DNA of 64,000 nucleotides from Macrostomum lignano (lineage: Eukaryota): positions 167,008 to 231,007 of the forward strand of contig NIVC01001843.1 of NCBI GenBank assembly GCA_002269645.1. Reading direction: 5' to 3'. The notes beneath the pieces were generated by a model, which saw only the letters and a list, made by a program, of their open reading frames with translations, was not told the origin of the DNA and made no database searches. The position numbers were made by a program, and so were the translations under genes. Shown here piece after piece: positions 25,391 to 37,988 of the stretch (position 1 is its first letter; every line of letters begins with the position of its first letter).

Positions 25391-27024
25391 TTTTGTTTGA
25401 TGGGCAAGGCTGCCGAGAGGCGAGTGTTCACTGGGGAGATAAGAAGTCTAGAAAATAAAAAGTGATAAACTCAGTGCGTTCTAAAATGTGTGTACAAAAG
25501 TATTTATCCTCAAGGAGTTATTAAATTATGCAGCCCCCAAAAAAGCAATTTCAATAACAGACAGCAACTACCAGAGTTTGCGTATGCGCTATGCTTATCA
25601 AATCATAGCGGTTCAGAGAGAAAAATTAGTAACAGAAAAATAAATTATCACAGAATTAAAAAAAATCGAGGGCGCAACGAAGACAGGTGCTCGGGTGGGG
25701 GCCACTGACGCTGCAAAAATTAATGCAAATAAATAAATATTGTAAAAAGCTTACTGACACGAATAAATAAATAAATAAATTGAACGCATGCAATGCAAAG
25801 CGCCAAGAGTGGAATCAGACATTCACAAGTAGGACCCGGCTGTACTGATCATCATATTGTACAGAGCAGGCAATTAAATTAATTGGTGAGCGGCCACAAA
25901 CTAGAGCAAGAAACCATGAGAAAACAAACAGCAAAAAACCACAAAACTAACCACTGTGAAAATTCTAAATGCTACTGAATAGTAGTATAGTAGTAATATA
26001 ATGCAAAGTAAATTCAACCTGCAATTAAAATGGCTCTAGGTATATTAAAACAGATTAACCAATTAATTACGGCGATACGCGATTAGCAGCAAATTAAAAG
26101 CTATATTGTTAAATTAATAAATGAAGCTTGCATGAAAGTGTGGCTACTACAAAACAGTAAATTTCCATTCTTAGAAAAAAGCATCAAATTTAGGCACTTG
26201 GGGAACAAACTTTAATTTGAATAATTTATTAGTGAAAAATACGAGAAAAAAAGATTTCATACTCATACATACTACTTGTATACTAATTCTACTAGCTAAG
26301 TAGTATGAACCTGGCATCGCCGCTAAAAAAACAGATCGGTTATTATTATTTTAAAATCAGAAAGATTATATAGACAATTACAGTAAATATTATATATCTG
26401 TAGACACATATATATATAAGATGCAAGGATTAAATGAGCAAAACAAATTTCCAACCGGAGCAAAAATGCACCGACTCTTTATAAACGCATATTGGGGGGG
26501 TGGGGATGGAGAAGGCGGATCGATGGGGCGGGGAGGCTGCTGGGAAGGAGCGACAGGTAGAAAATGAAATCTGAAAAAACCCGACCATGCATAGAAGCGC
26601 ACCATTTATACTACTAATAATAACAATAATGTAACAAGCTTGATTAATTTATAACAAAAGTCTAGCACAGCGAATCTAACATAGAATTATAAAGGCAAAA
26701 TCATAATTCCTTTTTAAGATGGCATTTAATTAAAAACCAGCAGGTGCAAAGCAATATAAGCTTCTTTATAGGATTTCTAATAATAAAATAGAAAATATGA
26801 AATAAAATGCGCTTTCATAAAATCCGCTTCAGTTGGGTTTTATCTATTTATTAGTCATAACAGGATCAAATATTGACCATAGATTTAACCCGATCAATAG
26901 GTGACACCCATACACCTGGATTAGTCTGCCTGCATATGACAGATCCAAGACTCTTAAGTTTATAACACACTGACTGACAAGTGGCTAAAGATCTTTTGTG
27001 ACTTTAATATTAATCAATAATAGG

Positions 27025-27435
27025 TTAGTGACCCATTCTACAATAGTGAGTCAGTTCGTGACCCATTCCACAATAATGAGCCGTTCGTGACCCATTCCAC
27101 AATAGTGAGTCCGTTCGTGACCCATTACACAATAGCGAGTCAGTTCGTGACCCAATCTACAATAGCGAGTCAGTTCGTGACCCAATCTACAATAGCGAGT
27201 CAGTTCGTGACCCATTCCACAATAGTGAGTCCGTTCGTGACCCATTACACAATAGCGAGTCAGTTCGTGACCCAATCTACAATAGTGAGTCAGTTCGTGA
27301 CCCATTACACAATAGCGAGTCAGTTCGTGACCCATTACACAATAGCGAGTCAGTTCGTGACCCAATCTACAATAGTGAGTCAGTTCGTGACCCATTACAC
27401 AATAGTGAGTCAGTTCGTGACCCAACCTACAATAA
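27025..27435. repeat. 30-bp minisatellite GTGACCCATTCCACAATAGTGAGTCAGTTC
   Basis: About 13 units. Confidence 0.96.
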
Positions 27436-28121
27436 TAGGTCAGTGTGTCAGCAATCAAGGATTTGCCACCGCAGGCAGGCAAACTAAATATGAATAAAAA
27501 TGCTAGAAATTCACCAAATAAAGGTATAGTTTAGTAAATTAGAGAAAATAATGAAGGGTGGGGAAAATCAAATTTAATAATAAATTTAACTAATCTTAAA
27601 TTAATTTTTTTTAAATTTAAACAAATATGAGAGAAAAGCAATCTGAAGCAGTCATTAGGCCGAATAAATTTAAATGTTCTGTTTTTAAGACTTTTTTAAG
27701 TAAAAAAATATTAATTTAGTTGCCAGCACGTCCTCTTATCAGTAGTAGCTTCTTATTAATGTCAAAGTCCTCTAATCTATTTGCCTTAATTTATCATCTT
27801 AGTGTACATTCTCCAATGTACACTCTGCAATGTACGTACGCTCGTAGTTAAATGTACACTTATAAAACGTACATAGATTAGTGTACATAGCTTGTACACT
27901 TTTAAATGAACATTGCTTCATCTACACTGTTCAATGTATGTACGCGGCTTTATACGCCCTCTCCAATGTACATATCATGATGTACACGACTCTGATGCAA
28001 AAAATTTAATGTACACTCTTCAATGTACATAGCTGGGTGTACACAGCTTACTACTGCTCCAGCTAGCAACTCCAGTAGAACGCGTGCAACCTCTTGCCAA
28101 AGCAGCAATAAAATCGCGGGC

Positions 28122-31100
28122 TCACTTAAACTGACAATACGGCCGAATTAACAAAATCGGTTGAAAAGTCGTGGGCGCAGCATGGACCACCTGCTGCACT
28201 GGCTGCGCGGCCTGCTGCATCGGGCGCAAATTAAGAGTTGGCCGCACTGCGACAGACTTCTCGGCGCCACTCTCCGAAGTCAATATGGCGTTAATAGCGT
28301 CGCGAATACGCGCCATTTTGGCGCCATCAGACGATCGAACTAGCATACTGCCGTCGGGTAGAATTTGCAAGCCTTCTGGGCTACTGGGCTGTGGCTCGTC
28401 TTCGCTCAGAGGATTTAGATCGGACTCCTGCCGCTGGCGCTTCGCTGCAGTCGGCTGCGGCTGCTCCAGCTGAGCCTCCAGCTCAGCGCGCAGCGACTCC
28501 TTGAACCGGAGCTGGCGAAGGCACCAGCCAAGATCGGCAGCTGGCAGCTGGCGGAATCGTTCGGCCTTCCAGCGGGCAGCCAGGTGGGTGCACTGGCCGA
28601 TGGTGCAGCCAGTCTGGACTGGGGTCAACTGGCTGGTGAGAAACCGGAGCAGGTCGCGGGCAGGTGAGGCCACCACCCGGACCCGAAAGCTAACTCGGCC
28701 AATCAGACAGCCGAGCTGGTCGAATGCTTCAATCACGGTGATCAGATTGGCCAGGGCCAGGTGGCTGAGTCGCTGGTTGTTGCGCATGTGGTCCTGGGGG
28801 GGGGGGTTAGAGAGATCCATGGCGATTCATGGCTTTGCTGCTCTACATTTTTCTGCTACTTTCTCTTTGCTTGGCACGCATCGGAGTGTACATATCACGT
28901 TGTACATATCAGGATGTACATATCAGGGTGTTTTTAGCCGGTTTTCATAACAGGTGTACACACCAGGGTGTACATATCAGGATGTATATATCAGGATGTA
29001 CATATCAGGATGTATATATCAGGGTGTACATATCAGGGTGTACATATCAGGGTGTACATATCAGGGTGTACATAACAGGTTGTACATATCTGGGTGTACA
29101 TATCAGGGTGTGCATAACGGGTGTGCATACAGTCAAATCTGGGCGCGCATATAATCCAAATCCTCAAAAACCACAACCAACTCCCTCCCCAAAATACCTG
29201 GCAGCAGTTATAGCGCAGGGTAAGCCACATTCTGCCCGCCTCTGGCAGCCCAGTGCAGTACAGGCAGCTCTGCTGTCTGTCCGGATCCAAGTGGACCAAT
29301 CCCTCCAAACTGTGACTGGCGATGCTAACCAACAACTGGCCATTAGACACGGAGCAAGTTGAGCAGGGCTGCGGATAGTCGCCAGGCAATAAACCGATGG
29401 CCTGGCAACGAATCAGCAGCTTGCTGACTGGCACCTCGCTGCTGATGTCCAGATTTAGATGCCGCTTGCCGCTTTTGTCCTCCAGGTAGACGGTGGCCGG
29501 TACGCGAAGGTCGGCGTCCAGTTTCCGGCGGGGGAAATGCGTCAGCAGAGGATTAGGCGAAGCGGTAGCGGCGGCGGCGGCCTCGGCGGGGGGAGAGTCG
29601 GAACCGGCTGGCTGAGTATCGGGCAGGATTGCCGACTCCAACAGCTGACGGTCTTCGGCGCTGAACTGGGAGGTGCGAGAGTTTAAAAGGGCAATTCTAA
29701 GAAATAGCTCAGAAAGCAATTTTAATTCGCTAATTTCAGGGACGCCAAACAGTGTGTATCAGGAACATCCCACTTTCTATTTTTATCAGAAAGAATAAGC
29801 CTAAAAGGTGTTTGGAAGCAATACTTTTTATTAGGGATATTTCTAAGAAACCACTTTCACCAAGAGTATTTCTAGGAAACTACTTTTATTAAAGGCCTCT
29901 CTCTCTCTCCATTTCTAAGAAACCAAAGATATTTCTAAGAAAAAACTTTAACTAACGATATTTTTCATATTTCTAAGAAAACATTTTTGTTAAATATATT
30001 TCTAAGAAAGCAATTTCACTACACAAACGATATTTCTAAAAAACCAGTTTTTAAAAAGATATTTCTAAGAACCAGCTTTATAATTAAAGATATTTCTAAA
30101 AAACAACTTTCACTAAGGATATTTTTAAGATTAACCGCGCTCAATAACGAGATTTCTAAGATTCAGGCTCTTATTAAGGAAAAAATATTCCTTTAAACTA
30201 ATTCTTATTACAAAAGTATTGCTTGAGTTAAGATAGCTCGTGAAGTGGGAAGTACGACAATTTTTTGACTGACAACGTCACAACGATTTAGGGTACGTTG
30301 GGGGTTTAGGTTAGGGTTTAGGATGGGGTTAGGGATTAGAATAGGGGTTTATGTTAGGGTAAAGTTTCAGGTTAGGCTAAGACCCTAATTTAAACGGGGG
30401 GCATTACAAACCCGAAAGTGCTAGCAACGCCCAACGCTATTTTAGTTTTCGGAGTTATGATATTTCGAGTTTATAATGGCGATCCATTAAGATAGACTAC
30501 TGTAACAAGTTCAATCCGGATTAAACTCACGCCAAAGTAGTTTTCGCCGCGCTCAAAAATTCGATTGTGCAGACTGTCACCGCGGCATTCGGTCAGAGTC
30601 TGCGGCCGAACCGTGAAGCCGCAGTTATTAGGCAGATCATTGTAGGACTCGAATGAGGCTAGCGGCTGCTGCTGCTGTCGTTCTTTGTCGGGGCTGTCCG
30701 GGTGGTCCTCTGGCTGAGCCAGCTCGTCCATGCAGCCCCAGATAGCCGGGTCGTTCTGAGTAGCAATTCCATTTTGATAGAGTTGCTTAGAGGGGGCATT
30801 GTAATTCGATAGTGACTGTCAAGTGTCTGTGAGTGATTGACGGGTAGCTGAAGGATCAGTGGGGTAGCTGAAGGATCAGTGGGGGTAGCTGAAGGATCAG
30901 TGGGGGTAGCTGAAGGATCAGTGGGGTAGCTGAATGATCAGTGGGGGTGGCTAAATGATCAGTGGGGGTGGCTGAATGATCAGTGGGGGTGGCTGAATGA
31001 TCAGTGGGGGTGGCTGAATGATCAGTGGGGGTGGCTGAATGATCAGTGGGGGTGGCTGAAGGATCAGTGGGGTAGCTGAATGATCAGTGGGGGTGGCTGA

Positions 31101-33621
31101 ATGATCAGTGGGGGTGGCTGAATGATCAGTGGGGGTGGCTGAATGATCAGTGGGGGTGGCTGAATGATCAGTGGGGGTGGCTGAAGGATCAGTGGGGTAG
31201 CTGAATGATCAGTGGGGGTGGCTGAATGATCAGTGGGGGTGGCTGAATGATCAGTGGGGGTAGCTGAATGATCAGTGGGGGTGGCTGAATGATCAGTGGG
31301 GGTGGCTGAATGATCAGTGGGGGTGGCTGAATGAACAGTGGGGGTAGCTGAAGGATCAGTGGGGTAGCTGAAGGATCAGTGGGGGTGGCTGAATGATCAG
31401 TGGGGGTGGCTGAATGATCAGTGGGGGTAGCTGAAGGATCAGTGGGGGTGGCTGAAGGATCAGTGGGGTAGCTGAAGGATCAGTGGGGGTAGCTGAAGGA
31501 TCAGTGGGGTGGCTGAAGGATCCCAATGAAAAAGGTACCTAGGCCAAGAGGCGTTAAAGAATAACTTCACTTGCGTCGCCCCGGAGCTGTTGCAGAAAAC
31601 AGAGGTAAAATAGCGCGCTAGAGTCGCTGTAAACTGTAGAGTCACTGAGTTGTGTGTGAAGCGCATTTGATTTATTTATTAGTCACATCTCTAGCAAAAG
31701 TTTAGCGCCAAAACAAGGATTTTGGACATTTCTACAAGTCACGTGACCGCTTGTGACGCAACAGTCGCCTCCGCCGCATTATGTTATCTGATACATGTAC
31801 ATGTTCAACCAGAAGAAGTGATTCAGAAGAAATATAAAGCAGTAATGATTACCTGACCGCCGCATACTTGCAGAACCTGCTGTTGAGACGGAGCCTGATA
31901 GCATGACTGAACATGCTGATTAGGATTCTGCTGCTGAAACTGCAAGAAATGTGACTGCCAGTCTTCAAACTCAATGTTAAATTGTTGCTGACATTGTTGT
32001 TGCTGTTGTTGCTGCTGGTGGTACAGCGTTAGCTGCTTATAACAAGGCGACTCAGGTAAATTTGAATTGCTCAACGAGTAATTGCCGCAAGATACGCTCG
32101 AGGAATATGGCGATGCCCTGCAGCGGGTGGGGATTTGGGAATTAAGTTTTATTAAAGCAACACAACAAGAGCGACCGTTCACTGAGGATCGACTCTTACT
32201 GAGTGAGGATCTGGACTCTGCTGTAGAATGAGTCAATAATGATCTGGACTCTGCTGTAGAATGAGTCAGTGAGGATCTGGACTCTGCTGTAGAATGAGTC
32301 AATGAGGATCTGGACTCTGCTGTAGAATGAGTCAGTGAGGATCTGGACTCTGCTGTAGAATGAGTCAGTGAGGATCTGGACTCTGCTGTAGAATAAGTCA
32401 ATGAGGATCTGGACTCTACTGTAGAATGAGTCAGTGGGGATCTGGACTCTGCTGTAGAATGAGTCAATGAGGATCTGGACTCTGCTGTAGAATGAGTCAG
32501 TGAGGATCTGGACTCTGCTGTAGAATAAGTCAATGAGGATCTGGACTCTACTGTAGAATGAGTCAGTGGGGATCTGGACTCTGCTGTAGAATGAGTCAAT
32601 GAGGATCTGGACTCTGCTGTAGAATGAGTCAGTGAGGATCTGGACTCTGCTGTAGAATAAGTCAATGAGGATCTGGACTCTACTGTAGAATGAGTCAGTG
32701 GGGATCTGGACTCTGCTGTAGAATGAGTCAATGAGGATCTGGACTCTACTGTAGAATAAGTCAATGAGGATCTGGACTCTACTGTAGAATGAGTCAGTGG
32801 GGATCTGGACTCTGCTGTAGAATGAGTCAGTGAGGATCTGGACTCTGCTGTAGAATAAGTCAATGAGGATCTGGACTCTACTGTAGAATGAGTCAGTGGG
32901 GATCTGGACTCTGCTGTAGAATGAGTCAATGAGGATCTGGACTCTGCTGTAGAATGAGTCAGTGGGGATCTGGACTCTGCTGTAGAATGAGTCAGTGAGG
33001 ATCTGGACTCTGCTGTAGAATGAGTCAGTGAGGATCTGGACTCTGCTGTAGAATGAGTCAGTGAGGATCTGGACTCTGCTGTAGAATGAGTCAGTGAGGA
33101 TCTGGACTCTGCTGTAAAATGAGTTAATGAGGATCTGGACTCTGCTGTAGAATGAGTCAGTGGGGATCTGGACTCTGCTGTAGAATGTAGAATGAGTCAG
33201 TGGGGATCTGGACTCTGCTGTAGAATGTGTCAATGGGGATCTGGACTCTACTGTAGAATGAGTCAATGAGGATCTGTAGAAAGGGTCAATGAGGCTGTAA
33301 ACCCTAACCCAAGCTCAACAATGTCAATAAGGAAGTAGCTCAGGATTAGGAACTTATTAGCTAAAAGATCATTTAGAAGAAAGAAGAAAGCTTTCTTCAG
33401 CTAGAAGAAATAATTTTTTTTAGAATTCAAACACGGTACTAAATCAACGATGTTGAATGTTTTAAATTTAAAACTAGCCTATAGTGCATTTACAAGAATT
33501 TTATAATTGCAACTTACGCTCCGGAGAGTGACAGAAACAGCGAACTGCTGCTTCCGGGAGAGTCGGACAGACCGTAAGTTGACGAAGCTGGTCTCGTACT
33601 CGCACTAGGAGCTGTTGTCAT
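28122..33621 (-). CDS. Divergent p53-family-like transcription factor, 5 exons, about 592 aa
   Basis: Exons read on minus are 33621-33518, 32117-31868, 30815-30531, 29665-29198 and 28793-28122. All are GT-AG with consistent phases (2,0,0,0), total 1779 nt, and contain no internal stop. [16 protein letters not shown] aligns with p53 [29 protein letters not shown] with YMCNSSCMGGMNR, and [13 protein letters not shown] with the DBD start. The gene model is better supported than the family call, which rests on manual alignment only. Confidence 0.75.
28885..29115. repeat. 14-bp repeat GTACATATCAGG(G/A)T in intron 4 of the p53-like gene
   Basis: About 15 units. Confidence 0.93.
29830..30170. repeat. 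Degenerate GATATTTCTAAGAAA-based repeat in intron 3 of the p53-like gene
   Basis: About 10 recurrences of ATTTCTAAGAA at roughly 30-35 bp spacing. Confidence 0.75.
30845..31522. repeat. 20/21-bp minisatellite GCTGAA(T/G)GATCAGTGGGG(G)T(G/A) in intron 2 of the p53-like gene
   Basis: About 32 units. Confidence 0.97.
32200..33285. repeat. 33-bp minisatellite GAGGATCTGGACTCTGCTGTAGAATGAGTCA(G/A)T in intron 1 of the p53-like gene
   Basis: About 32 units. The in-frame unit length explains the [14 protein letters not shown]. Confidence 0.97.
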
Positions 33622-35514
33622 CGCAACACACTGTTTGGTATAATTATTTCAGCACCTGGCCTGACTTCACTATAGCTTTAATAATAATTGCTTCAGGCTT
33701 TCCGTGATAATAAATATAAATTTTTATAATTTAATGCGCACTTGTTTGCTTTAAAATAGCAACCAAAGACAAATGAAAATGCCGACTGGATAGAACTAGA
33801 GAGACAAGGGAATAAAAACAAAACAACGGGCAATATGTGTATCTGCTTCTAAGAGATTTGGAGAAGGTCCGGGAAAAAGAGAAGACTGGCTCAAGAGAGA
33901 GAGAGAAACCGAGACTGAGAACGAGGACTCCAAGGAGAGTGCAGATCGAGACAAGCCAAGAGGAAGGCCAGGCTTGGTTAAAAGGCTGGGCGTTTTACTG
34001 TTTAGTAGCAGCAAGCGCGCTGAGAAAGGGCCAGAGAAGGGCGGACTTGTGCGTGGCCGGCCTCCCACTCCAGTAGCAGGGGCTGATTATGGTCTGGGGA
34101 GGGGGATGGCATGAGAAACGGAAGGGTATTGGGGTAGATAGATGATAGCCTGTGCGTACACTGCCAAACTGGGGGTGGTGGGTTTGGGGTTTGTGAAGAG
34201 AGAGAAGGACAAGGCGGAGAGAGGGGGATAGAGGACCGGCGTTGAAATACTGGGGTAGGCATTTTGCGGGGCACTGTACAATTAATGTACATTCCATTCA
34301 TAAGATAAAGGTCTGTCACGTCAGGTCCTCGCGCGCATAAATAAGGGGACGAGAAGGAAAGAAAAAAGAAGGGAAGCATAGCATTGAAATTGTACCTCCC
34401 TCCCCGCGCTTCAGTTTTGATTGCACAAACGATAATACTGCTATGCGTATAAATAAAACTTCTACGCATATGTCGAATGGCTTTGTATCTACAAATGCCA
34501 TAGCCTATTTGTACAAATTTGTAGCCTTGGCTTTTAGCTATTCTAAAATAATTTCGTGCCTGGCAGACCTACTATTCATTCATTCCCTTGGCCTCCGCCC
34601 AATTTTGCTCTAGAGAAACATTTGCCCTCTTAATTCTGAACATTATAAACAAATAAATATGCCAGTTCTAACATACATTTCGTCCCAGACCCCAGTAAAT
34701 TGTATGTAACCAAATAGACAACCAACGCATCCAACAAAACTGCCTGATGCCATAGTGCTTGGCTAAGGCTGGCAGAAAAATCAACCAGCTTCACATTTAA
34801 AAGCATGGTAACTGAAGAAACACGCAAGCAGTAGTTAAGCAGACGTGCATGTAGTTGATGTTAGTTGACTAAATTGTAATTCGTCAATGCCATTCTTTGT
34901 ATAGTGTAAATGAAAGCAGATTCTAATAATGTGCCCTCTTAGCAACTAGCAAGGTAGCAGCTGAGATTTAAACCTTAGAAAGGGGATAGGAGCCAAGGCA
35001 ACGCTTGGCAATACAAGGACTGCTTGCTTGCCTGCCTGCATGGGTGGCGGTTGCTTACTTGTGGTTGACACGCACTGGATCAGGTTTCTGTTCAGTGTTC
35101 ACCGTCAGTCTCTAACACCCCTGCACATTCGTCAAGCACTGGTATCACCAGTCAGTCACTTTTAATCGAACGAAATCTAATATACAATTACCTTTGCATA
35201 CCTAATGAGATAAGTCAGCACGAAATAATTTATTAGATAAAGAAGATTGCTAACTTCGCTAAGCTAAGTCTGATAATAAAACGCGAGGCCTCATATGGTC
35301 TTTCTTGCCAGTTATTTTTTAATTTTCACAAATTGTACACCGGACAAAAATGTGCGGTCCCTTGAGAGATAGAATGATTTTTTGCGAATTTATTTTATTT
35401 GAGTCTTACAGGCGAGACAGTCGGCTGAAGACAAGAATATTTAATTCTAGCCTAGCACTCCTTTATCACAATACAGAAGAAAAATTGAGAAGACAGAAAG
35501 ACAGAAATACACAA

Positions 35515-35540
35515 ACAAACAAACAAAAAGGCAAGCAGAC

Positions 35541-35579
<39 letters not shown>

Positions 35580-35611
35580 CAGACAGACAGACAGACAGAC
35601 AGACAAGAAAA

Positions 35612-35674
<63 letters not shown>

Positions 35675-35690
35675 CAGACAGACAGACAGA
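35515..35690. repeat. (GACA)n microsatellite
   Basis: Direct reading. Confidence 0.95.
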
Positions 35691-35958
35691 CCGTGGGAAT
35701 GGCACAGAGCATACAGAAGAAGAAAGACAAGAAGGGTCGCCGCGGCAGGAAACAAAACAATGAAAGAGAGACAACCAATCTAGGTAAAAAGCAACTGCAA
35801 GGATATAAACAGAAATGATCAGAAGCAAATTCCAATAGACAATAATGTATTTATATAGGACTTCCGATTAACTGATTCAATGTGTACACAATAAGCAAGC
35901 GCAATTGACACAGCAACAGTACGCGGCAAATTCTTGACGAACAATCCGAAGACTTTCG

Positions 35959-37851
35959 TTATTGTTCTTCGCAGGGGATGCTCCGGTTGCGTAGCTTACT
36001 GCGATCCGGCACAATGCCCGGCTCAATGCGCTGGAATGGGTGCGTGGGAATTGCATTGTGATTGCATGCAGAACACCTAAGCAACTGGCTGAACCCCTGA
36101 CACGAAGTATACAGATACCTGACACAAACTATACAGACACCTGACACAAAGTATACAGACACCTGACACAAAGTATACAGATACCTGACACAGAGTATAC
36201 AGATACCTGACACAAACTATATGGACACCTGACACAAACTGTACAAACACCTGACGCAAACTATCCAGATACCTGACACAAACTGTACAGACACCTGACA
36301 CAAACTATCCAAAAATCTGACACAAGCAATACAGACACCTGACACAAACTATCCAGAAACCTGACACAAGCTATCCAGACACCTGACACAAACTTTACAG
36401 ACACCTGACACAAACTATACAAACACCTGACACAAACTATACAAACACCTGACACAAACTATACAAACACCTGACACAAACTATACAGACACCTGAAACA
36501 AGCTATACAGATACCTGACACAAACAATACAGACACCTGACACAAACTATACAGATACCTGACACAAGCAATACAGACACCTGACGCAAACTGTACAGAC
36601 ACCTGACGCAAACTATCCAGACACCTGACCCACCTCGGCAGGTTGCAGCAGCTGCAGCAGCCAGACAAGCGCCAGATTAAGCAGGGCAAAGATGAGGAAA
36701 ATTTTGCCACCAACGGGACCGCAAGCTGTGAGATAGTTGGCCAGCCTATGCCTGGTCGGCTCGGGACCCCGGCGTCGAGTACCCGCCTGTAGACGCACTC
36801 AGTCCTCAGGGCGACATTGCGCCACGTGTAAATATCGCGAACCGACTCGTGCAGCCGGTGAAAGTCCTCGGGCTGCCGGCGACCGTCGGGGCCTTGGCGA
36901 CACTCGGCGATGGCCTGTTCAAGACCGTCAGCCAATGAGGTCGCATCTGGCTCAGCTAGCCGGATCAGGTCAGACGGCAGAACCTCGGGATGCCGCCAAC
37001 ATTGGTGCTGACCACCGACAGGCCGCAGCTCGCACCTTCCAGGATGGCCATGCAGAACGCTTCGGTTAGCGACGTATTTAGAAAGATGTCGCCTCTGACC
37101 AGGTGGGCTCGCACCTGAAAAATTTGGGGGATTATCGGGTCACTGAGCTGGTGAACATCTTGGATTAGTGTTATTACTGGAAGGTTAAGTTGCCTACCAT
37201 ACCCCCTGTGCCTTCCCCATACCCCTGTGCCTTCACCATACCTCTGTGCCTTCCCCATACTCCTGTGCCTTCCCCATACCCTTTGCCTTCCCCATACTTT
37301 TTGTGCCTTCTCTATACCCATTTGTGCCTTCCCCATACCCCCTGGGCCTTCCCTATACCCCTTGTGCCTTTCCCATACCCCCCGTGGCCTTCCTCATACC
37401 CTGTGCCTTCCCTATACCCCCTGTGGCCTTCCTCATACCCCGTGCCTTACCCATACTCATTCTTCCCCATACCCCCTGCACCTGTGCCTTCCCAATACCC
37501 CCTGTTTACGGGCATCAATTTGCTACCTCACCTGATGATGGGGCACCTGGCCCTGCAGCAGCACCCGGTCCTGAATGCCCAGCCGCTCCCGCAACTCCTC
37601 CAGCACCAGCCGTTTCGGCCCGTCGCCGCCGATTAAAAATCGAACGTCAGAGTGACGCTGGCAAATGATCGGGATGACCCGGGACAGCAGGTCCACGCCT
37701 TTGCGGTACACAAGGCGGCTCAGCACCACTATGGTTACTGCGGGTGATTTGCATGTATCTATGTCTGTCTGTCTGTCTGTCTGTCTGCCTACCTGTCTGT
37801 CTATCTGTCTGTCTATCTGTCTGCCTGTCTGCCTACCTGTCTGTCTGTCTA

Positions 37852-37890
<39 letters not shown>

Positions 37891-37915
37891 ATCTGTCTGT
37901 CTACCTGTCTGTCTA

Positions 37916-37988
<73 letters not shown>

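Noticed and set aside
31790-31810. ACATGTACATGTT as an autoregulatory p53 response element
   Set aside because: The overlapping half-sites deviate from RRRCWWGYYY and this is expected by chance.
32118-33266. ORFs 31823-32929 and 32196-33266 as a Ser/Thr-rich repeat protein
   Set aside because: The repeat part is intron 1. Only 32117-31868 fits in phase with the neighbouring exons.
33796-34501. Short ORFs between the p53-like gene and PIGA
   Set aside because: They are low-complexity purine/pyrimidine tracts with no homology cues, more likely UTR or promoter DNA.
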